From the NCBI RefSeq assembly GCF_016433145.1, contig NC_058131.1, forward strand, positions 534,960,168 through 535,024,167: DNA of 64,000 nucleotides, written 5' to 3'. Below, one piece after another: positions 1 through 12,104 of the stretch (positions within the stretch are counted from its first letter, which is position 1; every line of letters starts with the position of its first letter). A program made the translations under genes and the position numbers. The DNA comes from Gracilinanus agilis (lineage: Eukaryota). Under the pieces are notes generated by a model. It searched no databases, was not told the DNA's origin, and saw only the letters and a program-made list of their open reading frames with translations.

Positions 1-4
1 ATTC

Positions 5-71
<67 letters not shown>

Positions 72-117
72 CCTATCTATCTGCCTATCTATCTGCCTAT
101 CTACCTACCTATCTAGA
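1..117 (+). repeat. (ATCT)n tetranucleotide microsatellite with ACCT/GCCT variants
   Basis: Direct tandem ATCT array that degenerates toward its 3' end. Confidence 0.97.
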
Positions 118-815
118 TATAGTTCTACAATATGTATACATGCAATCAGACAAACATATATATCACAAGTCGGAATCTTTCTATTTATCTATCCATTTAT
201 CATGTCCTCTTTGAAGCATTCTGTAACCCAAATATTTCATTCTTAAGGTTTACCTGGACAAATGCAAAATTCTTTTAAAGGAACTTTTAAAACTAAAAAA
301 GCAGAGTTGTGCAAATAAATATTCACTATCAGTGTTCTACAGATTACAATGATAGAGAGAGCCAATATCCAAGGCACAATTTGAAAAAAGAAGTAATAAA
401 GGTTATGATTTAAGCCATCCAGAAAGAAAAAAGAAGTCTTAAAAATACTTAAATGTCATAAATATTTCAAGATGGAAATGGATATTGGAAGAATGTCAGA
501 ATAAACTATAATAAACTTTCCTTATCCTTATGAAGCTTCCTTATCTTTTCTTGCTTCTTCAACTAGAGTGACTGCAAGACTGGCTAGTCTTACGCATTTT
601 TAGAATATGTATACAGTTGGCTGCTCCCCTAGATTGTGATTTGAAACTTCAGTCCTAAATATATCTTCCTCCTCTTCGTCATGCTATTTTAAATTCCAGT
701 ATCAGCTATCTATTCCTTTAGATTGAAGCACTGATGATCCTTAAGAATCCTATGTTAAAACGTGTATACCTCAGGGAATGGTAACATATTAATATGGTTA
801 TTAGCTACTCATAAT

Positions 816-925
816 AAAAAAAAGCACTGAACTTGGGGTCAGAAATCTTGGTCGAATTCCAGCTCTTACCACTTATTAGCCTATTGACCATGGACCAGTT
901 ACTTATCCTCTCTGAGATACCCTCA
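816..925 (+). mobile_element. MIR/CORE-SINE fragment
   Basis: MIR-like head and core: gcactgaacttggggtcagaaatcttggtcgaattccagctcttaccactt. Confidence 0.65.
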
Positions 926-1400
926 ATGTGATCAGGGAAAAAGGAAAGAAGAAACATATATTCTAGAATATTTATAGCAGCTCTATTTGTGATGGCAAAA
1001 AAACTGGAAAGTGAAGAGGTGCCCATCAATAGGGGAATGGCTGGACAAGTTATGGCATGTGATTGTGATGGAATACTACTATGTGGGAAGAAATGACAAG
1101 TAGATTAATTAAAAAACAACAATATGGAAAAACCTATATGAAAACATGAAGAGTAAAATGAGCAGGCCAAGAAAACATTATATACAGAAACAGAAATATT
1201 CTTTGAAGAATAATTTGTGTATGCCCACCTCCAGAGAAAGAACTGAATCAAGACATGATTTAATATATGCATGCATGCGAGTATATATACATATTTATCA
1301 AATGATGCCTTTGCTATTACAGGGAAAAGAGAGAGTGACAGAGAGACATAGGAATTTTAATATAGAACACAAACATATAAATTAATGAAATAAAAAAGAA
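926..1400 (+). mobile_element. L1 3' end fragment (ORF2 C-terminus and 3' UTR)
   Basis: Marsupial L1 motif aatatttatagcagctctatttgtgatggcaaa...gtgcccatcaataggggaatggctggacaag. Confidence 0.85.
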
Positions 1401-1519
1401 AAATGGGAATAATAATACAATTTGCTTCTTAGGGTTTTAAAAATGAAAAAATATAAAATTTGCTTAACATTTTACATGAAAATTTCTTCACAATAAATGT
1501 ATGAGACCAGCGATCCAAG

Positions 1520-1880
1520 TGCTATTACCCCCTTTTTGCAGATGAGGAAACTGAGGATTGAAAAGATCCAATGATACCCAAAGGCATTTGGCTAGCAAAA
1601 AGCATGACCAACACTGGAATCCCAGTCTTCTGACAATAAATCTTTCCACTAAAACATAAGAAAAATTATTTGTAAATTTTATGCACTAAATGAATATATT
1701 ATTTTAAGATCAAAGGACAAATACAAAGTTGAAAATTCCTTTAAAGATAATTTAGTCTAATAACTCATTTTATAGGTTAGGAAACTGGAGCCTGGAGTAT
1801 TGAAATGAACTGCCCAGTCATGCAAATTTAAGTAGCAAAGTCAGAATTTGATCTTAGTGTTCCTTACCTCAAATTTAATA
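1520..1880 (-). mobile_element. Two MIR fragments
   Basis: MIR cores tttgcagatgaggaaactgagg (about 1537) and ttttataggttaggaaactggag (about 1768). Confidence 0.65.
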
Positions 1881-1944
1881 CGTCTTAGCAGAATCTTGCA
1901 TATAAAATAATCATTGCTCCAAATCACTATAGATTAGAGAATTT

Positions 1945-2387
1945 CAAATTAAAAGAACTCTGATATAACACCTCATACCTATCAGAATGGTTAATGTGAC
2001 CAAGAAGGTAACTGATAAATATTAGAGAGGATGTGGGAAAATTAGGACACTAATACGCTTTTGTGGAACCATAAACTGATACAGCTGTTCTGGAGAGCAA
2101 TATATAACCATTACCATAGGGACATAAAATTATGCATACCCTTTAACCCAGCAATACCAGTACTTAGGTATGTATACCAAAGAGATCAAAGATAGGAGGA
2201 AAAAATCTCACTTGGACAAAAATATTTCTAACAGTATTCTTTATAGTGGCAAAGAACTGGAAACTGAGGGAGTGTCCATCAGTTGGGGAATGGATGAAGA
2301 AATTTTATTATATGGTCATAGTAGAACACTACTGTGCCAAAGAAATGAACAGAATTTGTTTGAAAAATAAAAGAAAGAACAATTGGA
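1945..2387 (+). mobile_element. L1 ORF2 3' fragment, interrupted by an LTR
   Basis: gatataacacctcatacctatcagaatgg...ggatgtgggaaaattaggacactaatac, the L1 Cys-rich region. Confidence 0.85.
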
Positions 2388-3089
2388 TGAAAGAACTGTT
2401 GGAGTTGTCTTTTGTAATCAAGAAATAATAGGCTAAGGAGGCTTATATTAGAAGGCTTGGGTGGTAATAACTGAGTCTACTGGGCAGGGATACTAAAACT
2501 TTAGTATAGGTTGATTTGGGTCAGCCAGGGTTGTGTGAACCTGGGCTGGGATGTTTCAGTCAGTCTCCCTGTTGTTTCTAAATTCTCTTGAGGTCAGGAG
2601 TGAGGAGGCCCCTCCCTCCTAGTGAGAAACTGAATCCAGAGCAAGATAGATGCCTGGTCTAACCCCTCAGGAAACTAGTGATAATTATCTTTCTTCTTCT
2701 CAGTCTCTGGCCCTAATTGGTGATATAAATGAAACACTGAAGCTCTCTGAATAAGGCCAAGGGGTTTATTAAATGCAAGGGTAAGCTTAGGGAAGAGGGT
2801 TAAGGTCCGGGAAACTGTTGCTAAGGGTGAAGGCCAGTGCTGGCAGAGGGTATCAGAAGGTAGGGTCAGGCTGAGGGAACCAGCCCTCAGCCAGGGATAA
2901 ATTTCACTGCCCTGATGTAGAATGGTTTAGCAGGTTAATAAATGAGGGTAATGGCTTGGTTTAGGGGTATCCCTGTCTGCCTAAGTAAACTAATTTCCCA
3001 CGCTCCACCTCCTTCCTCCTAGGGCCCAAGGGGGAATCCAGGGGGATAGCGGGATGTCTGGGTCAGTTCAAGGAAATCCAAACCCCACA
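2388..3089 (-). mobile_element. Solo ERV LTR (702 bp)
   Basis: TG...CA termini. Near-perfect 6-bp TSD: ATTGGA (2382-2387) and ATTGGT (3090-3095). Minus strand reads TGTGGGG...AATAAA (2770-2765)...TCTTTCA. Orientation is moderately uncertain because there is also a plus-strand AATAAA near 2937. Confidence 0.75.
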
Positions 3090-3239
3090 ATTGGTACTCC
3101 AGGGATATTTATAGTCTCAGCTCCAATGGTTTGGCCATGAGATCCAGGACTCACTGGGTCAACATTCTATTCCCCTAACTGCCAGGATTGCCTCAGGTGA
3201 ATTTGCAAATGCAAGAGATTCTTGAAACAATTCTGCATT

Positions 3240-3830
3240 ACACTTTCACATCAGTTATCTTTAATTTTATTTTGGAGTTTTGTTTATATATGAGTGTGCT
3301 CTTACAACAATGATCAATATGGAAGTATATTTTGCATGACAATAAAAATGAAATAATTAACTGATTTTAAAAACCTAGAAAGATTTCTATGAACTGATGC
3401 AAAGTGAAATGAGCAGAACCAAGAGAATAACATATACATTAACAGAAATATTGTACGATGAGTGACTGTGAAAAACTAAACTATTATCAGCAAAACAAGG
3501 TCCCAAGATAATCCCAAGGGACTTATGATAAAAAATTCTATCCAAAGCCAAAAAAAGTTGGAATCTGATTACAGATCAAAGCATATCATCTTTCACTTTA
3601 TTTCCTTAATGTGTTTTTTTATTGTACATGTGATATGTGTCTTAACTCAAGGGATGGGGAATATAGAAATATGTATTGCATGAAAACACTGGTAATAACC
3701 TATAATAGACCATTTAATTGCTTCAGGGAGATGGAGGAGGAACAGAGAGAAGGAGAAAATCTGAATTTGATGTCAGAAAACAATTGAAAAATATTATTTC
3801 TACATATAATTTAAAAAGTCTAAAAACAAA
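3240..3830 (+). mobile_element. L1 3' UTR fragments
   Basis: gaactgatgcaaagtgaaatgagcagaaccaagagaa and the A-rich tail typical of marsupial L1. Confidence 0.8.
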
Positions 3831-3887
3831 AACCAAAAATTTTTATTTTTATTAATGATTATAGTTGTAATAATGATAAGTACTAAA

Positions 3888-4095
3888 GGCAACCAGGTAG
3901 TACAGTAGACAGTGCTGGACTACAATCAGGATGATTTGACTTCAAATGTAGCCTCAGATATCCTAGCTGTGTAACCCTGGGAATGTCATTTGTGTCTTTA
4001 GATAATATCTTTTCTCAACTGTAAAAAGCATCTACTTCCCAGGGTTGTTGTAAAGATTAAATGAGAAAATTGTAAAACTCTTAGTGTAGTTTTTG
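3888..4095 (+). mobile_element. MIR SINE
   Basis: ggcaaccaggtagtacagtagacagtgctggac...ctagctgtgtaaccctggg...agggttgttgtaaagattaaatgag. Confidence 0.8.
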
Positions 4096-4101
4096 GAACA
4101 T

Positions 4102-4337
4102 NNNNNNNNNNNNNNNNNNNNNNNNNNNNNNNNNNNNNNNNNNNNNNNNNNNNNNNNNNNNNNNNNNNNNNNNNNNNNNNNNNNNNNNNNNNNNNNNNNN
4201 NNNNNNNNNNNNNNNNNNNNNNNNNNNNNNNNNNNNNNNNNNNNNNNNNNNNNNNNNNNNNNNNNNNNNNNNNNNNNNNNNNNNNNNNNNNNNNNNNNNN
4301 NNNNNNNNNNNNNNNNNNNNNNNNNNNNNNNNNNNNN
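4102..4337. other. Assembly gap (236 N)
   Basis: Run of N. Confidence 1.
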
Positions 4338-4394
4338 CCTTCCAGATGACAGCTTGCTTTGAGTCCTTGCCATGAAGCCCAGGTTAGCTAGGAC

Positions 4395-4601
4395 TTTTTT
4401 TTTTTTTTAAGCCCTTACCTTCAGTCTTGGAGTCAATACTGTGTATTGGCTCCAAGGCAGAAGAGTGGTAAGGGTAGGCAATGGGGATCAAGTGACTTGC
4501 CCAGGGTCATACAGCTGGGAAGTATCTGAGGCCAGATTTGAACCTAGGACCTCCCGTCTCTAGGCCTGGCTCTCAATCCACTGAGCCACCTAGCTGCTCC
4601 C
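4395..4601 (-). mobile_element. Opossum-type SINE1 (SINE1_Mdo-like), full length
   Basis: Poly-T tail. tRNA-derived head on the minus strand. TSD TTAGCTAGGAC (4384-4394) and TTGGCTAGGAC (4602-4612). Confidence 0.9.
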
Positions 4602-4844
4602 TTGGCTAGGACTCTTAAGCCATTTTAAAGGGAAAACAAGGGGACTTGTTTAGGGAGTTTAGGGAGTTTACTGTTTAGGGAGACAAGGATGTGGAAGGCA
4701 GAGACAGGAAAGTGCCTGAAATTAGATTTCTCTTCATAAAAATTCTTGGGAGCAATCTTATTTGGTGAATAGTATTAGCCAAAGGGTTCTTTAGTAGAAA
4801 ATTATCCTATGAATTCTCTTTTGGCCAGTTTATATTTAGTAGCA

Positions 4845-5085
4845 GCTAAGTGCCACAGGAAATAGAAAACGGAACCTAGAGTCAGTGTGATCTGAATTTA
4901 AATCCAGCCTGACACTAAGTGCCTGTTTGATCCTGGTAAGTCACAAAAACATCTCTCTGCCTCAGTTTCCTTATTTATAAAATGGGGTTAATAATATAAC
5001 CTCTCTCCTAGGGTTGTTGTGAGGATCAAATGAGATATTTTTAAAGCATGTTGCAAAATATAAAGGACTGTATAGATGCTATCCA
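4845..5085 (+). mobile_element. MIR SINE
   Basis: ctctgcctcagtttccttatttataaaatgggg...agggttgttgtgaggatcaaatgag. Confidence 0.8.
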
Positions 5086-5439
5086 TTTTTATTACCACTA
5101 CAAAGTATCGTTGGGTTCCCTGATCACTGAGGCGATCTTAGTGAATAAAGATTTCTCTCAGGTTACCAACCTAAAGTATGATGTATGTGGATCTTGAGAG
5201 GAAGGAGGATTCACACAGAAGTCCCAAGTTATCAATGTCCGATGTATGGGTGGGTGAAGGATCCAGAATGGGGTCGGGGCTGGGAAAGGGTCTCTCTGAA
5301 AGTCATTCAAAAATCTGAGACTGTGGCTGCATCTTAATGATCACTTGATGAACCACATTGATGGCATCAAGGGTTTATTTCCATCAGACAACTGGTATAA
5401 CTGGATTTCTCCCCTGAATTAATTGATTATTGGAATTGA

Positions 5440-6450
5440 CGAAATAGTCTATTGTGTCGCCACCATTAATTCCAGCAGAGAAGGGAGAAGTGATGGTAAA
5501 GAAAAGCTTTTAGGAGATAACCACTGTGGTTGCTGAATATCGAGCTAGGCTATACCTGCTAAAAATATCACATGTCTGGAAAACTTCACAAAATTCTGGG
5601 ACTGTCTAGCCTGCCAATATTTCATATTTTGTCTTGAGTTATTTCCAGCTGCGGTGGTCCCTCTTTAGCTAAAATCGGCTCTTAAAGGCAATTTTCAAAT
5701 GACTGGAATGGGTATCGTGAAAATATTTTCGCGTCTTTATAGATCCTTTCCAAAGGGATGAAAAAGCAAGGCGATAGAAGGCTAGAGAATGACCAAAGTA
5801 GAGGCGAGAGTCAGGCAAAGCAGAATGCTCTGACCCTCTGTGTCCCTGAGCTGCTTTCTTTTCTTTGGTCGATGGAGCTGTACACAGCTCTGCGTTCAAG
5901 ACGCTCAGCTTCCCTCATTCTGCAGACTGAGTGATTGGGGTCACTGCTGTGCAACATTTCAAAATACTCATCTGGCTCAGTTGAAATATCCTCTTAGCCA
6001 CTCGGTGATTCTTCCAGGTCAGGGTTGAGGTATATTTGACAGCACTGTTACTGACCAGAGAATTAACAGACCCCGAAAGATATAATTGCTAGCAATATGA
6101 GGGGCTGCAGGAGACAGCGATGATTTTTTTTTATCCCATTTCAAAAATGGCTATACCTTTCCAGGCTTGACAGGGAAAGTAGATCTTCTTGAAATGGTTT
6201 AACCGGCCCCTTTGTCTGGGTGACTATGAACACTTGAAGCCAAAAGCCGCCCTGATCCCTATAGCTATTTCCGTTAACTCCTTGAAAGCCAAATAATGTG
6301 CTTGCTTAGCTGCTGAGCTGCTTTAATGAGGTGCCATTGATTTTAATGGAGCAAAAAGATGGATGATTTACACCAGATGTCCAGAAGGGCCATGCGGGGA
6401 TTGCTTTGCTGGACACACAGTACATCATGTTGCTCGTTGAATTCTTAAGG
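5440..6450. promoter_or_regulatory. CpG-retaining, repeat-free block; candidate enhancer, promoter or conserved non-coding element
   Basis: 21 CpGs counted by hand in about 1 kb, versus about 3 in 10021-11020. No recognisable repeat. Homeobox-type TAAT/TGATTTA motifs at 6320-6370. Confidence 0.4.
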
Positions 6451-8183
6451 GGTTAACTTGACCTTTCCCTTTAACACAGCACTAAAAATAATGTAATTTC
6501 CATTCTCAGTGTCTCTTTTATTTATATGGTAAAGCTTCATGACAAACTCACCAGGCTGCTCATTTACTTCTCTGCCATCCATAAACCCTGGAGGGGGACC
6601 CTTAGAGCAAAGAGAATAGGGGCTGGTGGGATGTCTTCCTCCAGCTGGGTGGTGGGATTGTTTTATTATTAACACTCTCTGACTTGAAAGCTTTGAATAT
6701 TTCCTGAATTAAGGTGTTTATTTTCTGAGGTTTGCTGGCCAATGGTGAGAACCTTATGTCTAAAACATCACTTTCAATGTGGTAAGTAAGAAAATCAATA
6801 CTTTTGACCCTTGGGTCATTTTATAAAAATATGTATACGCATATACACATATATACAAACACATACATATGAATATATAGTATATATTTTAATATACAAT
6901 GTAACATAAATGTATATATATTATAAATACATGTACACATATATATTTAAATTAAAAGAATAGGGAAGGGGAAAAAAAGCAGAGATCTTCTCGTAATGAA
7001 ACTCAGGTTCTAGCAAGAGGATTTTGAGTTGCCCTAGCTTTCACTCTATGTGATTTTTCACTTTTGTTGCTTTTCCCAGTTTTGTGAAATATTCAAAGCC
7101 ATTTGCAAGTAATTGTCTAGGTAGAAATCATTCTGTTTCTGAAATGGAAGTCTTTTCCTGGCCTTTCAATGGTTTCACTAAGACCTTTTATTGCAGAGAA
7201 TCTAACTTCTTCCAGCTGAGAAGACCCCCCACAATTCTGGAAATTGAGGCACTTTTGGTTGACAGCTGCTGGAGGTACAAGGTATAGGTTGGGGGAATTC
7301 CCTTAGCAATATTTTTAAATAGGTTTTTTTCTCTCTCTTTTTTAATATGAACTTCATAATCGGGAATAAATATGGTCATTTCACTAGGTGAAAAAGAGGA
7401 CTGCACATAAAACCTTGAACTTCAGTTCTGTAGAACTTTTTTTTCCAACAGTATATATTAAAATTTAAATGGCAGTAGCTCTTAGAGATCTTAAAGGGCT
7501 ATTGACTTTCAATATAAATTACAGTCAGTTAATCATCTGCATAAAATTTTTGCTTTGGCTGCTGCTCATCATCTCCTGTCGTTATTTCGAGAAAAATTCT
7601 TTTTGCCTAAGATAGCATTTGCTGTTGTAGTATTATACTTGGTTGGAGTCAGAAAGGCTTAGGTTTGAATTAGGTTAGAATCCCACAGTACCTGGTAAGG
7701 CATAATCCCTTTTTCCTCCATCATAGTCTCTGGGGAAGGGAAAGGGTTTAGATTCACAGTTTAACTCAGCTTCAATGTAGCAGAGTTCCTTCATGTTCTA
7801 AGTACAAAGCTCCCCTCCTGCTCAACAGGCACCCTGGCTTCTCAGGGCTTCCCTGATGGTTTGGCAATATCATTGAACCTGGTTTCCTGCCTCCAAGGTT
7901 GCCATGATTCAAGTCTGGATTGAGGGCCATGTCTGGACCTAAAACTTAAAAGGACAAATGGGACAGAACAGATCAAACCCCCAAGCACAATGTTTTGCAG
8001 CCACAAAAGTTAAAAGTTAAAAGCTTTAGTCCACAGTGCCCAAATTTTGGATGAACAAGACCTTCACCTTCACCCTTTTCTAGAAACCAGCTAACTGTGA
8101 TCCTGAGTAAGTCACTTAGCTTCCCTGTTTTCAGTTTTCTTATTTATAAAAAGGGGATATTAAAAACACCTAACACAGTAGCT

Positions 8184-8425
8184 TATTGTTCAGTCATTTC
8201 AGTTGTATCCGACACTTTGTGACTCCATTCGTGGTTTTCTTGGCAAAGATAATGGAGTAACTTGCCACTTCCTTCTTCAACTCTTTTTACAGATGAGGAA
8301 CCTGAGGCAAACAAGGAAAAGTGACTTGCCTAGGGTCACATAGCTAGTGAATGTCTGAAATCAGATTTGAACTCAGGAAGATGAGTTTTCCTGACTTCAG
8401 GCTCAATGTGCTATCTACCATACCA
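8184..8425 (-). mobile_element. Mar1-type CORE-SINE with RTE-like tail
   Basis: ttgttcagtcatttcagttgtatccgacactttgtgactccattcgtggttttcttggcaaagat, followed by a MIR core. Confidence 0.85.
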
Positions 8426-9254
8426 TCTAGATAGACATATAATAAATACTTGTTGGATGTTAGCTTTTATTATTATCTACCCAATCTCTTGGCTTGAGGG
8501 GGAAAAAAAGCTAAAAAGTTGTTTCCAAGGATATGATTGCCTAAAAATTAAAAAAACAAAACAAAACCCTAATCTCCTGATTATTAGGTAAAAGGCTAAA
8601 ACATGAACTAGAGTCAAATCCTGTTTAACTGTGTGCTCTGGAACTGCCCTTTCTCTGGTGCCAAAACCTGTGATCTCATTCTCTTCCCATCATGCTTTTC
8701 TGTGGTCTTGTTTGCTTTCCTTGCCAAGCTCATTCTGCTCACTGATGGCCTCGCTTCCCCTCTAGCCCTTGCTACCTCTCCTCACCAGAGGCTGTCATCA
8801 TTGGGACTGAAGCCTTGCTTAGTCCAAAGCTAGCAATCGTTTCCTCCCAAACTACTTTTGGATCTTCTTATATAGCAGTAATTTCCAACTTATTTGGGAG
8901 TTATCCTCCTAACTTTATTTCTTTGTGATTTCATGATACCATTTTTGATTTTGCAACTGTTGCTTCCCCAAAGTTTTTGTTTTGACTTAAATGCACTCAA
9001 ATTTTGATGATTTCTAGAGGTATTTTTTAGAAATAATTCATTATGATAAAGTAGGAGTATTAGATTTAGTCAGATAACCTTGATAAAATCTTGCCTTTGC
9101 AAGTCACTTAATCTTTCTATGACTCAGTTTCTTCATGTGTAACAATAAAAATAATCAGCATTTTACAGTGCTTTAAGGATTGCAAAGTGTTTTACACATG
9201 CTAATTTATTTAATCTTCATTAACCCCCAGTAGTAGGTAAAATTGAGGATGTCA

Positions 9255-9478
9255 TTTATTTCTTTTTCAGTCATGTCCAACACTGTAAACTTTTTAAAGG
9301 TTTTCGTAGTAAAGATACTGGAGATGCTTGCCATCTCCTTTCCCAGCTCATTTTACAGATGAGAAAACCAGGATTAAGTGACTTGCCCAGGATCACATAG
9401 CTAGTAAATGTCTGAGACCAAATTTGAACACAAATCTTCTTGATTCCAGGTCCAGTGCTCTAACCAATGTGATACCAG
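9255..9478 (-). mobile_element. Mar1-type SINE
   Basis: RTE-like tail (ttcagtcatgtccaacac...aaagatactggag) plus core ttttacagatgagaaaac. Confidence 0.8.
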
Positions 9479-9689
9479 AAAAGTGGGCTATTTCAGCAAC
9501 TCCATTCTTGGAAATTTATGGAATACCAGTGTTACATAATGCTGAGAGCACCCAGTTCTACTTCAAAAGTTTGATTCAAGATTAGCAAAAAAAACTCTGA
9601 GGAAACAAGTTGATTTTGGGGCCACTTCAGGGGTTCTGAGTTATTTTAGAAGAACTAAGGAGCTTCAGTTAATACCAAAATTTACCTCA

Positions 9690-9960
9690 TATTTTAGAAA
9701 ATGTGTTGAGCTTGGAGTTGAGAAGATCTGAGTTCATATCATGTCCCCAATATTTTGTTTCTGTATAACCTTGAATTTGAATGATAAAAAGAACACTGGC
9801 TCTGAGTCAAACAACTTGGATTATATCCCCTGTGTGACACTTGCTATCTGTGTAACCCAGGACTAGGCCATTCCATGTCTCTGAGTCTCAGCTTTCTCAT
9901 CTTTTAAATGTAGAAAGGGTTAGATAAGATGATCAAAGGGTCCTTTCAGCAATGACTTGG
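9690..9960 (+). mobile_element. MIR/MIR3 fragments
   Basis: ggagttgagaagatctgagttca and ctctgagtctcagctttctcatcttttaaatg. Confidence 0.6.
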
Positions 9961-10929
9961 CATTGAATTGCTTTATAAATCACTGTTTCTGTAAAAAAAA
10001 ACAAACAACTTTTATCTTGGGTTATCAAATAATTATCTTTTATTTGCTGCATCCTTTTCTACATACTGTTGGCTGAGTACATGCTAATATTAATGGGTAA
10101 GCCTCTCAGTTCCATTTTGGATCTTCACTGTTTCATGGACTCCATCTAAGAATATAGTAACAATAATATCAATTATATTATTATATCTAAAAAATCCAAT
10201 GATGGGTTGGGTTCCTGTTATAAACTCTAACTATTGTCAGGGGAAGTGATGTATGCTTATTCTAAAAGTATTTCAGTAGCTTTCTAACTTGTTTATCATT
10301 TGCTCAATGAATATAAGCCCTCACCATCATTTATGTTGAAGTATTGATGCCTTAGGATTATAGACTGGTGTTTCAATAATATTTTATGGATTTTTTTTGC
10401 TAGATACTTTTAAAGTATGTGGTTCATTTTATACACCTGAAATTATATATTTAAAGCACTGAGATTTTAGTTGGTTTAATGAGTATTATTGCCAATGTTT
10501 TGATTTTAGGATAACAGAAAAAAAATCTCATAAAATATTCGATCATGGTATTTTGTTTTTCTGTATTTTTATGCTCTATATTTTACCATGAAGATAATGG
10601 TACAGGTATCATTATTCATCGGTTCAATATGACTTGAATTTAAGCTCCAATATTTCATTCACCATCTTTTTATATATTAAGAATTTTATATTAATGGAAT
10701 CCAAATGACATTTTTATATTACTAAACATTCCATGAGATAAAGAAGCTATTTAATGGTGTTTAATCATGTAACGTTGTTATCCTTGCATTTCAAGTGTTT
10801 TGGTTCATTCCCCAGTTAACTTGGAAGTAAAACCTAGTTCTAATAATAAGATCTAAGTTATAAGCAGTAAGTTCTTAGTTTTACTAGTAAGATCACTTTA
10901 TTGATCAGGGAACTAAAAACAATTTGTAG

Positions 10930-11130
10930 TAATAATGATGATGATGATGATGAATAGTATTCATATGGCACTTTATGAATAATATCTCATGTCTTCCTCA
11001 TAACAGCACTGGGAGACAGGTGCTATTATTATTCTAGTTTTCAGATGAGGGAAGTGTGGTACACAGAAACCAAGTATTTGGTTAACATTATATAATTAGT
11101 GCATGAGGTCAAATTTGAAATAACACTTTC
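10930..11130 (-). mobile_element. MIR SINE
   Basis: atctcatgtcttcctcataacagcactgggagacaggtgctattattattctagttttcagatgagg. Confidence 0.75.
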
Positions 11131-12104
11131 CTGTCTATGGGTCTATTTCTTCACCCAGATGCATATTTAGGACAGATGAAAAAAGCTTGAAGATTGGGCA
11201 GAAAAATATTGGGTATAATCTATTTCCTTGAAAAATGCTCCATTTTATAGGAATCATTCCTTTTTAAAAATATTTTTATATGTGTAATAGTGTAATGCAT
11301 CTTTCCATATTAGTCATTTTGTAAAAGAGAATTGTAACAAACAAAAGAAAAGTGAAGAATTAAATGAAATGTCAGTCCTGCATTGAGACTTTATTAGTTC
11401 TTTCTCTGTATGTTAATGGCATTTTTCATCTATGTGAATCATTCTTAACACTGTTATTTTGATTGTAGATCTTAAATAGAAAACAGTATTCCATGTGGAC
11501 ATCAAATAGTCTAGTTTTCTCACTAGGCTTGGGTCTATTATATATATTTGTAGAACATGATAGTTAAGATTAAGAAACTGAGCCAAAGGTCTTATAATAA
11601 TTAGAGAAGTTTATATAAATGTAATGGTACTTTTGACATAGCTTGCATATTGATTTCTCAATTAATAAGTTGTTCTTTATCTTTCTAGACCTTTTGATAT
11701 ATCTTTTTTTGATCTTCAGCTAATATAATTTTTCTTGTAGTGTTAATAAATTAAAAAATAAACTATGAATGCTTAGTATAAAATATATAAACATGTAATT
11801 GATCCATATTTGGAGAGTGACCTCTTGATGTCCTCCATTTTTAGAAATAAACATATAGTGCCTTTGGTTTAAATAGGTAGGATCAGGTTTTCATTTGAGA
11901 AGAAGCTGTTGAAGTGTCTTGCTAATAATTCATGTGCCACTGGATAGTACCTTGGCCAGTGATGATAGATTTTATCTTCTGCTTTCCAATTTTCAGTGAA
12001 GCTAGAGCTTTAGATACATCCATTGATACAACTATTATATAATTCATTATACTAACCACATATAACTGTATTCTGTTTTAATTTTATTTAAATTTTTATT
12101 TTTT

